From: Candidatus Omnitrophota bacterium
GTDB taxonomy: Bacteria; Omnitrophota; Gorgyraeia; B26-G9
Reading direction: 5' to 3'
Length of the DNA: 64,000 bases
NCBI GenBank assembly: GCA_043805415.1
Contig: JAZDHZ010000033.1
Coordinates: 25,600 to 89,599, forward strand
Part shown: positions 47,692 through 57,336 of the stretch, piece by piece
Layout of the letters: every line of letters starts with the position of its first letter
How positions within the stretch are numbered: position 1 is the first letter of the stretch
The notes under the pieces: model-generated
The model's input: the letters and a program-made list of their open reading frames with translations, nothing else
What the model was told of the DNA's origin: nothing
The model's database searches: none
Translations under genes and position numbers: made by a program

Positions 47692-48264
47692 GTGCAAATA
47701 AATATGAAACGAATTTTTGATTTTATTTTGGCTTTTATTTTGATGAGTTTGTTTAGCGTGCCGATGTTACTTATTGCAGCATATATTAAGCTAATATCTA
47801 AGGGGCCGGCTATATTCTGGACTGATCGCGTGGGTATAAATAATATCATTTTTAAAATGGCAAAATTTAGGACTATGAAATTAAATACGCCCCAGGTAGC
47901 GACTCATTTAATGAAAAACCCGGAAAAATATTTAATTCCAGGAGGAAAGTTTCTGCGTATATCAAGCCTTGATGAGCTGCCGCAATTATTTAACATTTTA
48001 AAGGGAAATATGAGTTTCGTCGGTCCTCGCCCCGCATTATTTAATCAGGATGACCTCGTGGAATTGCGTACTAAGAAAAATATCCATAAGCTTGTTCCCG
48101 GTATTACGGGTTGGGCGCAGGTAAACGGAAGAGACGATTTAGAGATTCCTGTAAAAGTTTCTTTTGATGAATATTACCTCAGGAACCGTTCTTTTGCCTT
48201 TGATCTTAACATTATTTTTTTAACTGCGATAAAAGTTTTAAAAAGAGATGGTGTTAAGCATTAA
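47692..48264 (+). CDS. Initiating sugar-phosphate transferase (bacterial sugar transferase, PglC/WbaP C-terminal domain type)
   Basis: One N-terminal TM, then PAIFWTDRVG...KFRTM...DELPQLFNILKGNMSFVGPRP, the monotopic phosphoglycosyl transferase core. Confidence 0.88.
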   Translation: MQINMKRIFDFILAFILMSLFSVPMLLIAAYIKLISKGPAIFWTDRVGINNIIFKMAKFRTMKLNTPQVATHLMKNPEKYLIPGGKFLRISSLDELPQLFNILKGNMSFVGPRPALFNQDDLVELRTKKNIHKLVPGITGWAQVNGRDDLEIPVKVSFDEYYLRNRSFAFDLNIIFLTAIKVLKRDGVKH

Positions 48265-48287
48265 AAATAGACTCACATAGCCTGACA

Positions 48288-48326
48288 ATATCAATGAAAT
48301 GGTTGTAAAAACCATTTCATTGATAT
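48288..48326. promoter_or_regulatory. Perfect 17-bp inverted repeat (ATATCAATGAAATGGTT-gtaaa-AACCATTTCATTGATAT) overlapping a TTGTAA-17-TATAAT promoter
   Basis: Arms at 48288-48304 and 48310-48326. The -35 TTGTAA (48303-48308) spans the arm/loop junction and the -10 TATAAT is at 48326-48331. No U-tract follows, so it is not a canonical terminator. Confidence 0.6.
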
Positions 48327-48396
48327 ATAATATAACCCTACGTAAAATGAATAAAATTTCTTATAACATATTGATACTTTTGGTGTTATAGATTTT

Positions 48397-50271
48397 ATGT
48401 CAAGAAAAGACGCAAAGAGGATATACAAGATGAAAGTAAAATTTAGAAAATTGATTATAGTTGCTGTTGATTTGTTGTCAATTAATGTTTCCATATTTCT
48501 TGCGTTTATGATCCGTTTTGACTGGAATCCATCTCCTTTGATGAGAGAAGCGTGCGTTTATTTCATGGTTTTGGCAAGTGTGATCAGAGTTAGTATGTTT
48601 TTTGTTTTTGGCGCGTATCAGTGGTCTTTTCGGCATGCCAGCATGAGCGAAGCCATGAATATTTTTAAAGCTGTTACTGTCGGAAGCCTAGTGATTATTA
48701 CTTCGGCATTTTTTTTGCGGCAAGATGGGCTGCTGGGCATAGGGCGTACGGTACTGTTGATTGATTATCTAATTTGTTTTTTTCTGATCAGCGCTTCGCG
48801 GTTTTTGCCCAGGTTTTTGATTAAGTTTCGAATCTTGCACCGGAGCAATCTCAAACGATTGCTTATTGTAGGGGCGGGAACTGCTGGAGAAATGGTTGTT
48901 CGTGAGTTGCTTAATGTGGAGGAGGGGATGTATCTTCCTATTGGTTTTGTCGATGATGACCATTTGAAACTGCATTCACGAATACATGGCATAAAAATAT
49001 TGGGAGTGACTGATGATATAAAAAAACTAGTCACTGATCATGGGATAGAGGAAATTGTCATTGCTATGCCTTCGGCCAATGGCCGGACTATAAGAAATAT
49101 TGTTTCTAAATGTGAAAATTTAGGCGTAAAGATTAAAATCATTCCTGGATTGCATAAAATAATGTCAGGAGAAGTATCTATAAAGCAAATTACTGACGTC
49201 CAGCCGGAAGATCTTTTGGGCCGGCAGATGGTGGAAATGGACGAGAGTGATGTCCAGGCGTTTCTCAAAGAACAGGTTGTTCTTGTTTCCGGTGCGGGCG
49301 GAACTATCGGATCGGAATTATGCCGGCAAATAGTAAAATTTAATCCAAGACTCTTAATCCTCTTTGATTATAATGAAAATGATATTTATTTTTTGGAACT
49401 GGAGTTGAAAGAAAAATACCCATATTTGAATTTTAAAACAATAATTGGTGATATTAAGGATGTGGGATTGCTCAAACATACATTTTCCAGCTATAAACCC
49501 GATATTGTGTTCCATTCCGCCGCGCATAAACATGTGCCGCTTATGGAGGAAAATCCAGTAGCAGCAGTTAAAAATAATATTATAGGAACCCGTAATCTTA
49601 TGTATGCTTCCGAGCATTACGGGGTCAAAAATTTTGTAATGATATCTACAGATAAAGCAGTTAATCCTACAAGTATTATGGGTGCTTCAAAGCGAATAGC
49701 GGAAACAATGATTCAGGCAAAGGCACAGGTTTCCAGAACAAAATTTATGGCGGTTCGTTTCGGTAATGTTATTGGTTCCAGCGGAAGTGTTATTCCGATT
49801 TTTAAAAAACAGATTGAAAAGGGCGGCCCTATAACCGTTACTCATCCCGAGGTCAAAAGATATTTTATGTCAGCCAGCGAAGCAGCCCAACTGGTAATTC
49901 AGGCTGGGGCTATTGGCAATGGAGGTGAAATCTTTATTTTGGATATGGGCGAACAGATTAAAATTACTGATCTTGCCAAAAATCTGATAACATTATCCGG
50001 GCTGGAAGTTGATGTGGATATTGAAATTAAGTATATTGGATTACGGCCGGGAGAGAAGATGGAGGAGGAGACATTGCTTGATATTGAGCATGATAGGGCA
50101 ACAAAATACAATAAAATTTTCATTGCTCAGCCGAATAATTTTGATTTACGTAAGATGCGTAGGGATATAAGAGCGCTGGAAGTAATGGCTAAAGTTATGG
50201 ACAGCCAGCGCATAGTTAATAAAATTAAAAAGATGGTCCCCTTCCATAATTCTAATGCAGCGATAAAATGA
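48397..50271 (+). CDS. Membrane-anchored UDP-GlcNAc 4,6-dehydratase (WbpM/PglF/CapD-type polysaccharide biosynthesis protein)
   Basis: Four N-terminal TM helices, then two Rossmann-like domains (LIVGAGTAGE; VSGAGGTIGSEL) and the CapD-type catalytic core. ATG 48430, with RBS AGAGGA, is an alternative start. Confidence 0.88.
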   Translation: MSRKDAKRIYKMKVKFRKLIIVAVDLLSINVSIFLAFMIRFDWNPSPLMREACVYFMVLASVIRVSMFFVFGAYQWSFRHASMSEAMNIFKAVTVGSLVIITSAFFLRQDGLLGIGRTVLLIDYLICFFLISASRFLPRFLIKFRILHRSNLKRLLIVGAGTAGEMVVRELLNVEEGMYLPIGFVDDDHLKLHSRIHGIKILGVTDDIKKLVTDHGIEEIVIAMPSANGRTIRNIVSKCENLGVKIKIIPGLHKIMSGEVSIKQITDVQPEDLLGRQMVEMDESDVQAFLKEQVVLVSGAGGTIGSELCRQIVKFNPRLLILFDYNENDIYFLELELKEKYPYLNFKTIIGDIKDVGLLKHTFSSYKPDIVFHSAAHKHVPLMEENPVAAVKNNIIGTRNLMYASEHYGVKNFVMISTDKAVNPTSIMGASKRIAETMIQAKAQVSRTKFMAVRFGNVIGSSGSVIPIFKKQIEKGGPITVTHPEVKRYFMSASEAAQLVIQAGAIGNGGEIFILDMGEQIKITDLAKNLITLSGLEVDVDIEIKYIGLRPGEKMEEETLLDIEHDRATKYNKIFIAQPNNFDLRKMRRDIRALEVMAKVMDSQRIVNKIKKMVPFHNSNAAIK

Positions 50272-50355
50272 GACTAACTCCTTATCCATGATGAGCGTGG
50301 GGAAATTAAAACGCTTCTGTTTGTAGTCGGTCACTTAGGGTTGGTTTTGGAATAA

Positions 50356-51558
50356 ATGAGAATGAAAGAAAAAATAATACACTTTCTTAAAAATACACTC
50401 TTGGCAAATATAGCAATTTTTATAATACTTGCTCCTTTTTCCAAAAAAGCTATTAAGATCAGTCTGCTCATTGCTCTTTTTTTATGGATAGCCATAACAA
50501 TAGCGGAGTTTGGAAGCAATTTTTACAAGCATTTAATTACAAGAATACCAATCGCCATACCGTTGGAATTATTTTGGATAGCACTTTTACTGTCGACTGT
50601 TTTTAGCCTGGATCCGTATTATAGCCACGCTGTTTTACTGGAACGCTATTTAGGTTATATTCTATTTTTTCTCTTGGGGTGCTATCTGGCAAAAGATATT
50701 CGGATGATTTATTGTCTGGTAGGGGCAACTCTGTTTGGGGGGATAGTGATTGGAATCGGAAGCTTGTGGAATTATGTTCAGTTTCAACCTGTTCGATTAT
50801 ACGACTGTTTCAGGTATTCGATCAGTCTTGCTCGTTTTCTAGTCCTTTACACGCCTATAACTTTTATTGTTTTGTTTTTTGTAAAAAATAAATTCCTTAA
50901 ATTTATCGCACTGGTTAGCGGCTTACTTTTAGTCCCATGTTTAATTCTTAACGCTGCGCGCGCGGCCTGGGTTTCAGTTTCTTTTTCTCTTTTAATCGTT
51001 TCTTTTTTTAAGAGTCGAAAACTTGCTTGTTGTGTGTTGATTTGTATTATTATAATTGGTCTATTTTTGCCTTTGCAGTTAAAATGTCGGGCAATTACGA
51101 CTGTTAATCCACTGACATGGGGCGAAAGATTGCCTTTGTGGAAGATGTCACTGCAAATGTTTGCTGATTTTCCAGTATTTGGGACAGGATTGGGAATGCG
51201 TGAGAAGCTTTTCACAAGTTATTGGCATAAATCGGCTCTATTCCCCCGATTCCAATATCAAGATGCGCATAATAATTATTTAGAAATCGCATCAGAATCA
51301 GGCAGTATTGGTTTAATCGCGTTTATATGGATTTTTATCGCTTTTTTTAAGCATGTGTTTGCAGCTATTAAAAAAATGTCAGGAGACCGGCAAGCGGTAT
51401 TAATGACTTTTACCAGCAGTGTTATCGCTGCTTTGCTTTTTGCCTGCTCTGCTTCAAATATTACTGGCGGAGTTGAGGAGGTCGTGGTATTCTGGTTTAT
51501 TTTCGGCATGGCTTCGGGGCTAAGCGGATTAAGAGAGAATCAGGAAACTATAGCATAA
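50356..51558 (+). CDS. O-antigen ligase family protein (Wzy_C domain; WaaL or Wzy)
   Basis: Polytopic protein with AHNNYLEIASESGSIGLIAF, which matches the Wzy_C HNxxL...E.G..G signature. Confidence 0.7.
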   Translation: MRMKEKIIHFLKNTLLANIAIFIILAPFSKKAIKISLLIALFLWIAITIAEFGSNFYKHLITRIPIAIPLELFWIALLLSTVFSLDPYYSHAVLLERYLGYILFFLLGCYLAKDIRMIYCLVGATLFGGIVIGIGSLWNYVQFQPVRLYDCFRYSISLARFLVLYTPITFIVLFFVKNKFLKFIALVSGLLLVPCLILNAARAAWVSVSFSLLIVSFFKSRKLACCVLICIIIIGLFLPLQLKCRAITTVNPLTWGERLPLWKMSLQMFADFPVFGTGLGMREKLFTSYWHKSALFPRFQYQDAHNNYLEIASESGSIGLIAFIWIFIAFFKHVFAAIKKMSGDRQAVLMTFTSSVIAALLFACSASNITGGVEEVVVFWFIFGMASGLSGLRENQETIA

Positions 51559-51642
51559 TTTTAATTTTCATAAGGAATTATTTAAAATGAAAACAAATAG
51601 TTTAATTTTTGATTAATACTCTGGAGTGAAAAAGGCAAGAGC

Positions 51643-52419
51643 ATGAAAAATATAGAAGGAAAGAAAATATCAATAATAATGCCTGCCTATAATGAAGCAG
51701 ACAGGATCGTTGAAAGTCTTAAAGAAACTATGAAGACTTTTGACGATTTTAAAGCTAATTATGAAATAATAGTTGTTGATGACGGCTCAAGCGATCAAAC
51801 TTATGAGAAAACCAAGAAATTCGCACAGGATATCAGTAATGGCAAAATAATTGTTCAGCGTAACCGTGCTAATTACGGTAAAGGTAGAGCTTTGTATAAA
51901 GGGTTTCGCTATGCTACTGGAGATTTTATTATATTTCTTGACGCGGATATGGACTTGCATCCCGGACAGATAGATACATTTTTTGATCTTATGGAACTGA
52001 CTGACAGCGATATTGTAATCGGTTCTAAGCGGCATCCTAATTCAAAATTATTCTATCCCAAGGACCGTAGGATTTTGAGCGCAGGATATTTCTTTCTTGT
52101 AAAGATACTTTTTGGTTTGCCGATTAACGACACTCAAACAGGACTAAAACTGTTTAAAGCTCATGTTTTAAAGGCAGTTTTTAAGGAGTTTATCAGTAGA
52201 GAATTTGCTTTTGATCTGGAGCTTTTAGTAACCGCGCATAGATTTGGCTTTAAAATCGCGGAAGCACCTGTGTGTATTAATTCACAGAGAGGATATAATC
52301 GGATTGGGATAGGAACTGTATATAAAATGACTATTGATACTTTGGGAATTTATGCGCGTTTTCTGCGTAATAAAACTAAAAAACTGACATCAAAAATTAA
52401 AAGAAAAATAAAAAAATGA
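51643..52419 (+). CDS. Family 2 glycosyltransferase (DPM1-like, soluble)
   Basis: ISIIMPAYNEADRI...IIVVDDGSSDQT...LDADMD. Confidence 0.75.
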   Translation: MKNIEGKKISIIMPAYNEADRIVESLKETMKTFDDFKANYEIIVVDDGSSDQTYEKTKKFAQDISNGKIIVQRNRANYGKGRALYKGFRYATGDFIIFLDADMDLHPGQIDTFFDLMELTDSDIVIGSKRHPNSKLFYPKDRRILSAGYFFLVKILFGLPINDTQTGLKLFKAHVLKAVFKEFISREFAFDLELLVTAHRFGFKIAEAPVCINSQRGYNRIGIGTVYKMTIDTLGIYARFLRNKTKKLTSKIKRKIKK

Positions 52420-53429
52420 GTAATCTATCAGTAGCGATTATAATTCCGGTTAAGTGTTTTAATGATAATTTAAAAAAGTCTATGGAAGAATGCCTTAAGC
52501 TTGATTATCCAAACTTTGAAGTGCTTGTTTTTCCCGATGAAATAAGCGAGGGATTTATTCCTTTTAAGGGAAAAATTAAAGTTATTCCCACTGGCAGTAT
52601 GGGCCCGGCTTTAAAAAGGGATATGGCGGTTGAGCATTCAAAAGCGGATATATTTGCTTTTTTAGATGATGATGCTTATCCAGAGCCTGATTGGTTGAAG
52701 AATGCAGTAAAACACTTTAAACAACAGGAAATAGCTGCTGTTGGCGGGCCGTCGGTAACACCCCCTGAAAGCACTTTTGCTGGTATGGCAAGCGGTTATG
52801 CTTTTGCTTCACTTACGGTTTCCGGCCCATATACATATCGCTATGTTCCAGGCAATAAAATTATGAAAGTAGATGATTATCCATCCTGCAATTTTCTGGT
52901 GCGTAGGGAAATATTCGCAAAACTGGGCGGTTTTGATAGCAGTTTTTATCCAGGAGAAGACACAAAACTTTGCTTGGAAATTACGAAAAAATTAAATAAA
53001 AAAATAATTTATGATCCGGATGTTCTGGTTTATCATCATCGTCGGGATTCTTTAAACAGGCATATAAAGCAGATAGAAAATTATGCTACTCATCGCGGTA
53101 ATTTTGCCAAGCGATTTCCGGAAACATCCCGGAAAATTGCATATTTTGTCCCCAGCTTATTTGTCGGATTGCTTGTTAGCGGAGCAGGATGGTCTTTGAT
53201 ATCGCCTGTGCTAAAATCTGTCTATTTATGCTGTATATTGCTTTATTTAGCGATTATCGCGGCGAATGCCGCGTGGGTGCTGCTGATGGATAAAAAAGTT
53301 TCTTTTTTTAAGAAGCTTTTACTGCTTATCCCGGTTATTGTATTTATTGTTGTTACTCATATTACTTATGGCATATTTTTCATTAAAGGTATTTTTTTAA
53401 AACAATTAAAAGAAGAAAAGAGTAAATGA
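52416..53429 (+). CDS. Family 2 glycosyltransferase with C-terminal TM helices
   Basis: VAIIIPVKCFNDNL...FLDDDAYPEPDW, with C-terminal hydrophobic segments. Confidence 0.7.
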   Translation: MSNLSVAIIIPVKCFNDNLKKSMEECLKLDYPNFEVLVFPDEISEGFIPFKGKIKVIPTGSMGPALKRDMAVEHSKADIFAFLDDDAYPEPDWLKNAVKHFKQQEIAAVGGPSVTPPESTFAGMASGYAFASLTVSGPYTYRYVPGNKIMKVDDYPSCNFLVRREIFAKLGGFDSSFYPGEDTKLCLEITKKLNKKIIYDPDVLVYHHRRDSLNRHIKQIENYATHRGNFAKRFPETSRKIAYFVPSLFVGLLVSGAGWSLISPVLKSVYLCCILLYLAIIAANAAWVLLMDKKVSFFKKLLLLIPVIVFIVVTHITYGIFFIKGIFLKQLKEEKSK

Positions 53430-53433
53430 ATTT

Positions 53434-53605
53434 CTAATTTCTAATTACTAATTGACCTAAAATAAATAAAAAAATAACTAATAAATTACTAATGGATCTA
53501 AAATTATTAAAAAAGAGTTTACTGAATAAAGTACTGATTGACTTAAAATAGATAAAAATAAAATAAGAGTTGAGTAAATTACTAATTATTAGTAGACCTA
53601 AAATG
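53434..53605 (+). repeat. Repeat-rich leader: (CTAATTN)x3 heptamer array followed by four degenerate ~45-bp tandem units (core TTACTAATNGACCTAAAAT) ending at the 4HB start codon
   Basis: CTAATT at 53434, 53441 and 53448. Unit cores start near 53446, 53494, 53533 and 53582. The last unit contains the ATG of the four-helix-bundle gene. Confidence 0.8.
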
Positions 53606-53962
53606 AATGAAAATAAAGATAAAAAGTATGATTTAGCTGAGCGTACTGCCAAATTTGGTGAGGAAATAGTTCGTTTTGCAAAGAGAGTAAAGACGGATAA
53701 TATTACCGTAACGATAATAAGACAGTTAGTAGCTGCAGGAACATCTGTTGGAGCGAATTATTGTGAAGCGGATGATGCGGAGTCTAAGAATGATTTTAAG
53801 CATAAAATTGGGATTTGTAAAAAAGAAGCGAGAGAAACTAAATATTGGTTAAGAATTGTATTAGTGACAAGTCCTGAGCTTGAAAAAGAAGCAAAAATAC
53901 TCTCTAATGAAGCAAAAGAACTGAATCTGATATTTAACGCGATAGTTAATAAGCTGAAATAA
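53603..53962 (+). CDS. Four-helix-bundle protein (TIGR02436 / 23S rRNA intervening-sequence protein family)
   Basis: KYDLAERTAKFGEEIVRF...RQLVAAGTSVGANYCEA...KHKIGICKKEARETKYWLRI is the canonical pattern of this family, and the size matches (about 120 aa). Confidence 0.8.
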   Translation: MNENKDKKYDLAERTAKFGEEIVRFAKRVKTDNITVTIIRQLVAAGTSVGANYCEADDAESKNDFKHKIGICKKEARETKYWLRIVLVTSPELEKEAKILSNEAKELNLIFNAIVNKLK

Positions 53963-53986
53963 TTTTGACATTGGTAATTATTTAGA

Positions 53987-54013
53987 AATTAGATTAATTA
54001 GGTTAATTAGATC
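53987..54013 (+). repeat. (AATTAGNNN)x3 array, inverse complement of the CTAATT array upstream of the 4HB gene
   Basis: AATTAG at 53987, 53996 and 54005 with a 9-bp period. Together with 53434-53453 it forms inverted hexamer arrays that bracket the 4HB gene. Confidence 0.7.
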
Positions 54014-54037
54014 AATTGAGGAAAGTGTAATCAAAAT

Positions 54038-55531
54038 ATGAAGGTAATAATTTCTTATCCGCCATTAAATAAAGAAAAGGGAACGCCTTTACTTTCTCAG
54101 AATAGGCAGTTTCAATATTTTAAAGATCCGACTTATATTTATCCGGTTGTTCCAGCGCAAGCGGCATCACTGCTTAAACGGGAAGGATTTGATGTTATCT
54201 GGAATGATTGTATTGCCATGGACTGGGAGTATCAGCGGTTTATCGAGTTCATAAACAATGAAAAACCTGATATTATAGCAATGGAAACAAAGACACCTGT
54301 TGTTAAAGAACACTGGAAAATCATCAACGACATTAAAAGACTATCGACCATTGACTATCGACCATTGACTGTTTTATTCGGCGACCATGTTACCGCAATG
54401 CCTGAGGAATCAATGCAAAATTGCCAGGTTGATTTTGTGCTAACAGGAGGTGACTATGATTTTCTGTTGTTAAATTTGTGTAATGCATTAAAAGCCACAA
54501 GCCACAAGCCGCAAGCCGCAAGCATAAAGGATAAATTAGAGCAGGGCATTTGGTATAGGAAAACAGGACAGATAAAAAACACAGGGAAGTTTGAACTGAA
54601 ACATGATCTTAATACTCTTCCGTTTATTGACCGCGATTTAACCCAGTGGAAATCATACGCTTATAAAAATGGTAATTACAGAAAAACTCCGGGAACTTAT
54701 ATTATGAGCGCACGGGATTGCTGGTGGGGGACGTGCACTTTCTGTTCCTGGCCCCAACTTTTTCCTGAATTTAGAAGCCGAAATCCGGAAAATGTGCTGG
54801 ATGAGATCGAGCTGTTGGTGGATAAATTTCAGGTTAAGGAAATAATGGATGATTCCGGGACATTTCCTGTGGGGAAATGGCTGAAAGAATTTTGTTTGGG
54901 AATGATTGACCGGGGTTTGCATAAAAAAGTTACGCTTGATTGCAATATGCGTTTTGGCGCTTTGAGCTTTGAAGAATATAAATTGATGCAAAAAGCCGGT
55001 TTTCGTTTCCTTCTCTTTGGTATTGAGTCAGCTAATCAAAAAACGCTTGATAAGATAAAGAAGGGTCTAAAAGTAGAAGACATTATCCCGAGCTGTAAAG
55101 ATGCCAGACGCGCAGGGCTTTATCCGCATATTACCATAATGTTCGGCTATCCCTGGGAATCCTATGAAGATGCCCAAAATACCCTTAAACTGGGGAAATT
55201 CTTATTAAAAAAAGATTATGCTTATACCATGCAGTCAACAGTGGTTGTGCCTTATCCGGGAACTCCTTTATTCGAAGAATGCAAGGCTAATGACCTTTTA
55301 TACAGCACGAATTGGGAAGATTATGACATGAAGTGTCCGTTAATGAAAACAGATTTTTCCAAGGAAAAGCTTTTACAGCTTGTCCAGAGCCTTTATTCTG
55401 TCAGCTATTCCCCGGAATTTGTGGCCAGGAAAATTCTTAGCATTAGAGAGTTTGATGATATAAAATATTTCGGCCGGGCGTTCATGAAAGTTGCTGGGCA
55501 TATATTTGATTTTAAAAAGAAAAAAGCGTGA
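54038..55531 (+). CDS. B12-binding radical SAM enzyme with atypical CX4CX2C cluster motif and in-frame heptamer-repeat insertion
   Basis: N-terminal B12-binding-like domain, then DCWWGTCTFCSW. The repeat-encoded KATSHKPQAASIKD segment lies between the two domains. Confidence 0.65.
   Translation: MKVIISYPPLNKEKGTPLLSQNRQFQYFKDPTYIYPVVPAQAASLLKREGFDVIWNDCIAMDWEYQRFIEFINNEKPDIIAMETKTPVVKEHWKIINDIKRLSTIDYRPLTVLFGDHVTAMPEESMQNCQVDFVLTGGDYDFLLLNLCNALKATSHKPQAASIKDKLEQGIWYRKTGQIKNTGKFELKHDLNTLPFIDRDLTQWKSYAYKNGNYRKTPGTYIMSARDCWWGTCTFCSWPQLFPEFRSRNPENVLDEIELLVDKFQVKEIMDDSGTFPVGKWLKEFCLGMIDRGLHKKVTLDCNMRFGALSFEEYKLMQKAGFRFLLFGIESANQKTLDKIKKGLKVEDIIPSCKDARRAGLYPHITIMFGYPWESYEDAQNTLKLGKFLLKKDYAYTMQSTVVVPYPGTPLFEECKANDLLYSTNWEDYDMKCPLMKTDFSKEKLLQLVQSLYSVSYSPEFVARKILSIREFDDIKYFGRAFMKVAGHIFDFKKKKA
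54331..54358 (+). repeat. 14-bp (2x7) perfect tandem duplication CTATCGACCATTGA x2 inside radical SAM gene
   Basis: Read directly from the sequence. It encodes STIDYRPLTV. Confidence 0.9.
54493..54520 (+). repeat. Heptanucleotide tandem repeat (AAGCCRC)x4 (= CCRCAAG register) inside radical SAM gene
   Basis: aagccac aagccac aagccgc aagccgc. It shares the CACAAG core with the hisH and hisF-leader repeats. Confidence 0.9.
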
Positions 55532-55554
55532 TTTTTTAGAAATAATGTTTTAGG

Positions 55555-56271
55555 ATGAAACAGTTTATGAAATTAGATGAATATTCAAAAAAATATATCC
55601 ATTATTATTCAGATGAATTGCCGGCGCTCATTAAGGCTACTTTTAAGGAAAACAAGATAAAAAGATTTGCTGATTTAGGATCAGGTGATGGTTCGATTTT
55701 ATTCGCTTTATTTAAAAATGGCTTACTTGATAATGCTGAGAGTATTATTGCTGTTGATGTATCAGAAGACCGAATAAGGAATGTGAAGAATATTAGTGAT
55801 AGAATTTGTTGCATTGTTACTGATGTGGGCAATATGCCGATGATTGCTAATGAAAGTCTTGATTTTGCTATATCCAATCAAGTGATTGAGCATATGATTG
55901 ATGAGGAGGGGTTAATCAAAGAAGCTTTTCGAATTCTGGCTAAAGATGGGATGTTATATCTTTCGACAGTATTTAAAAAATGGTATGGCTGGTACTTCTA
56001 TCGCTGTAACGGCAAATGGGCGCTTGATCCTACTCATTTAAAAGAGTATACATCGGAAGCTCAATTACTGGATAAAATTAAAAAATATGGCTTTAAGATA
56101 TTAGTTAATAAAAAAAGTATGTTTTGGTTTCCGGTGACTGATTTTATTTTTAAACGTATAGGGATTAGCCGGAATGCTTATGATAATAGATTTTTAAGGT
56201 TACTTAGATATATCAGGATTCCAATTATCGGATACTATAATTGGGAAATTGTTTTAAGAAAGAACGTGTAA
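55555..56271 (+). CDS. Class I SAM-dependent methyltransferase (Methyltransf_11-like)
   Basis: FADLGSGDGSILFAL motif I and an acidic motif II (DFAISNQVIEHM). Confidence 0.7.
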   Translation: MKQFMKLDEYSKKYIHYYSDELPALIKATFKENKIKRFADLGSGDGSILFALFKNGLLDNAESIIAVDVSEDRIRNVKNISDRICCIVTDVGNMPMIANESLDFAISNQVIEHMIDEEGLIKEAFRILAKDGMLYLSTVFKKWYGWYFYRCNGKWALDPTHLKEYTSEAQLLDKIKKYGFKILVNKKSMFWFPVTDFIFKRIGISRNAYDNRFLRLLRYIRIPIIGYYNWEIVLRKNV

Positions 56272-57293
56272 TAATGACAGATATAAAAAAGGGGTTAAAA
56301 GAAAAAGTCAGTGTCTGCATACCGGTTTATAATGGGGCAGGTACAATATTAGAAACTGTAAACAGCATTCTTAAGCAAACTTTTACTGATTTTGAATTGC
56401 TTATTGTCGATAATCTTTCTACTGATGATACAATCGCAAAAGTAAAAACAATTAAAGACCCGCGAATAAAAATTATTATAAATGAAAAGAATGTCGGATG
56501 CGGAGGTAATTTAAATGTTTGCAAAGAAAAAGCAAGCGGCGATATTATTTACTATCTTTGCGCTGATGATATAGCGGATATTAACGCGCTTAAGAGAATG
56601 TATGAAGCTTTTCAAAAATCAGATAATATCGGAATTGTAACAAGATCGTATTATTGGTTTATTGAATCTGTTGCTCAAGCAGTTAGGGTTAAGAAACAGT
56701 TTAAATCAGATGTTACTGTATCAATAAATAATAATTTTGAAGATGTTAGGGATGTTATCGCTTTATCAGATCAGATATCAGGCATCGCTTTTCGTAAAAA
56801 GTTCATGCAAGATTTTAGTTTTCTGAATCAAGCATTTGTAGAAATGGCGTCTATGGTTGTCCAAGTTTTAAAAATAAGTGATGCGGTTATTTTAAGAGAT
56901 AATACAATTGCAGTAAGAATTGATCGAAATGGCTCAATGAATCCGGCTATTTATGTTAAATCACCGATGATGGTTTGGTATGATTTGATAATTAAATCAT
57001 TTGATGAAGAAAAATTTATTCCGTTAAGAAGATATTTGATCGATCATTTTATAGCAAATAATTATATTGGCCTTGTGCAAATTAGAAGTTTTGGCGGAAT
57101 CAGGTATGCTTTAAGAGAAATATATTATTTAATTAAGCTTCGATGGGAGAATGTGTTTAATCTTAGGTTCTGGTTTTTTTCTTTAGGAGTAATTATCATA
57201 CCGAATAGATTGTTACAGGGATTAGTGGTTTATTTTAAGAATAGAGTTAATAGCAATTTTTTAAAAAATATTAAAATCAACTTAGAATTATGA
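56241..57293 (+). CDS. Family 2 glycosyltransferase
   Basis: VSVCIPVYNGAGTI...LLIVDNLSTDDT. The start is uncertain (ATG 56241 or 56275). Confidence 0.7.
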   Translation: MGNCFKKERVIMTDIKKGLKEKVSVCIPVYNGAGTILETVNSILKQTFTDFELLIVDNLSTDDTIAKVKTIKDPRIKIIINEKNVGCGGNLNVCKEKASGDIIYYLCADDIADINALKRMYEAFQKSDNIGIVTRSYYWFIESVAQAVRVKKQFKSDVTVSINNNFEDVRDVIALSDQISGIAFRKKFMQDFSFLNQAFVEMASMVVQVLKISDAVILRDNTIAVRIDRNGSMNPAIYVKSPMMVWYDLIIKSFDEEKFIPLRRYLIDHFIANNYIGLVQIRSFGGIRYALREIYYLIKLRWENVFNLRFWFFSLGVIIIPNRLLQGLVVYFKNRVNSNFLKNIKINLEL

Positions 57294-57336
57294 CTATAGA
57301 GAAGTTTTTTGATTTAAATCCTGTCTTAATAGGAAT

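Noticed and set aside
48291-48494. 67-aa minus-strand ORF spanning the palindrome and promoter
   Set aside because: It overlaps the 17-bp inverted repeat and the start of the wbpM-like gene. It is hydrophobic and low-complexity and is almost certainly spurious.
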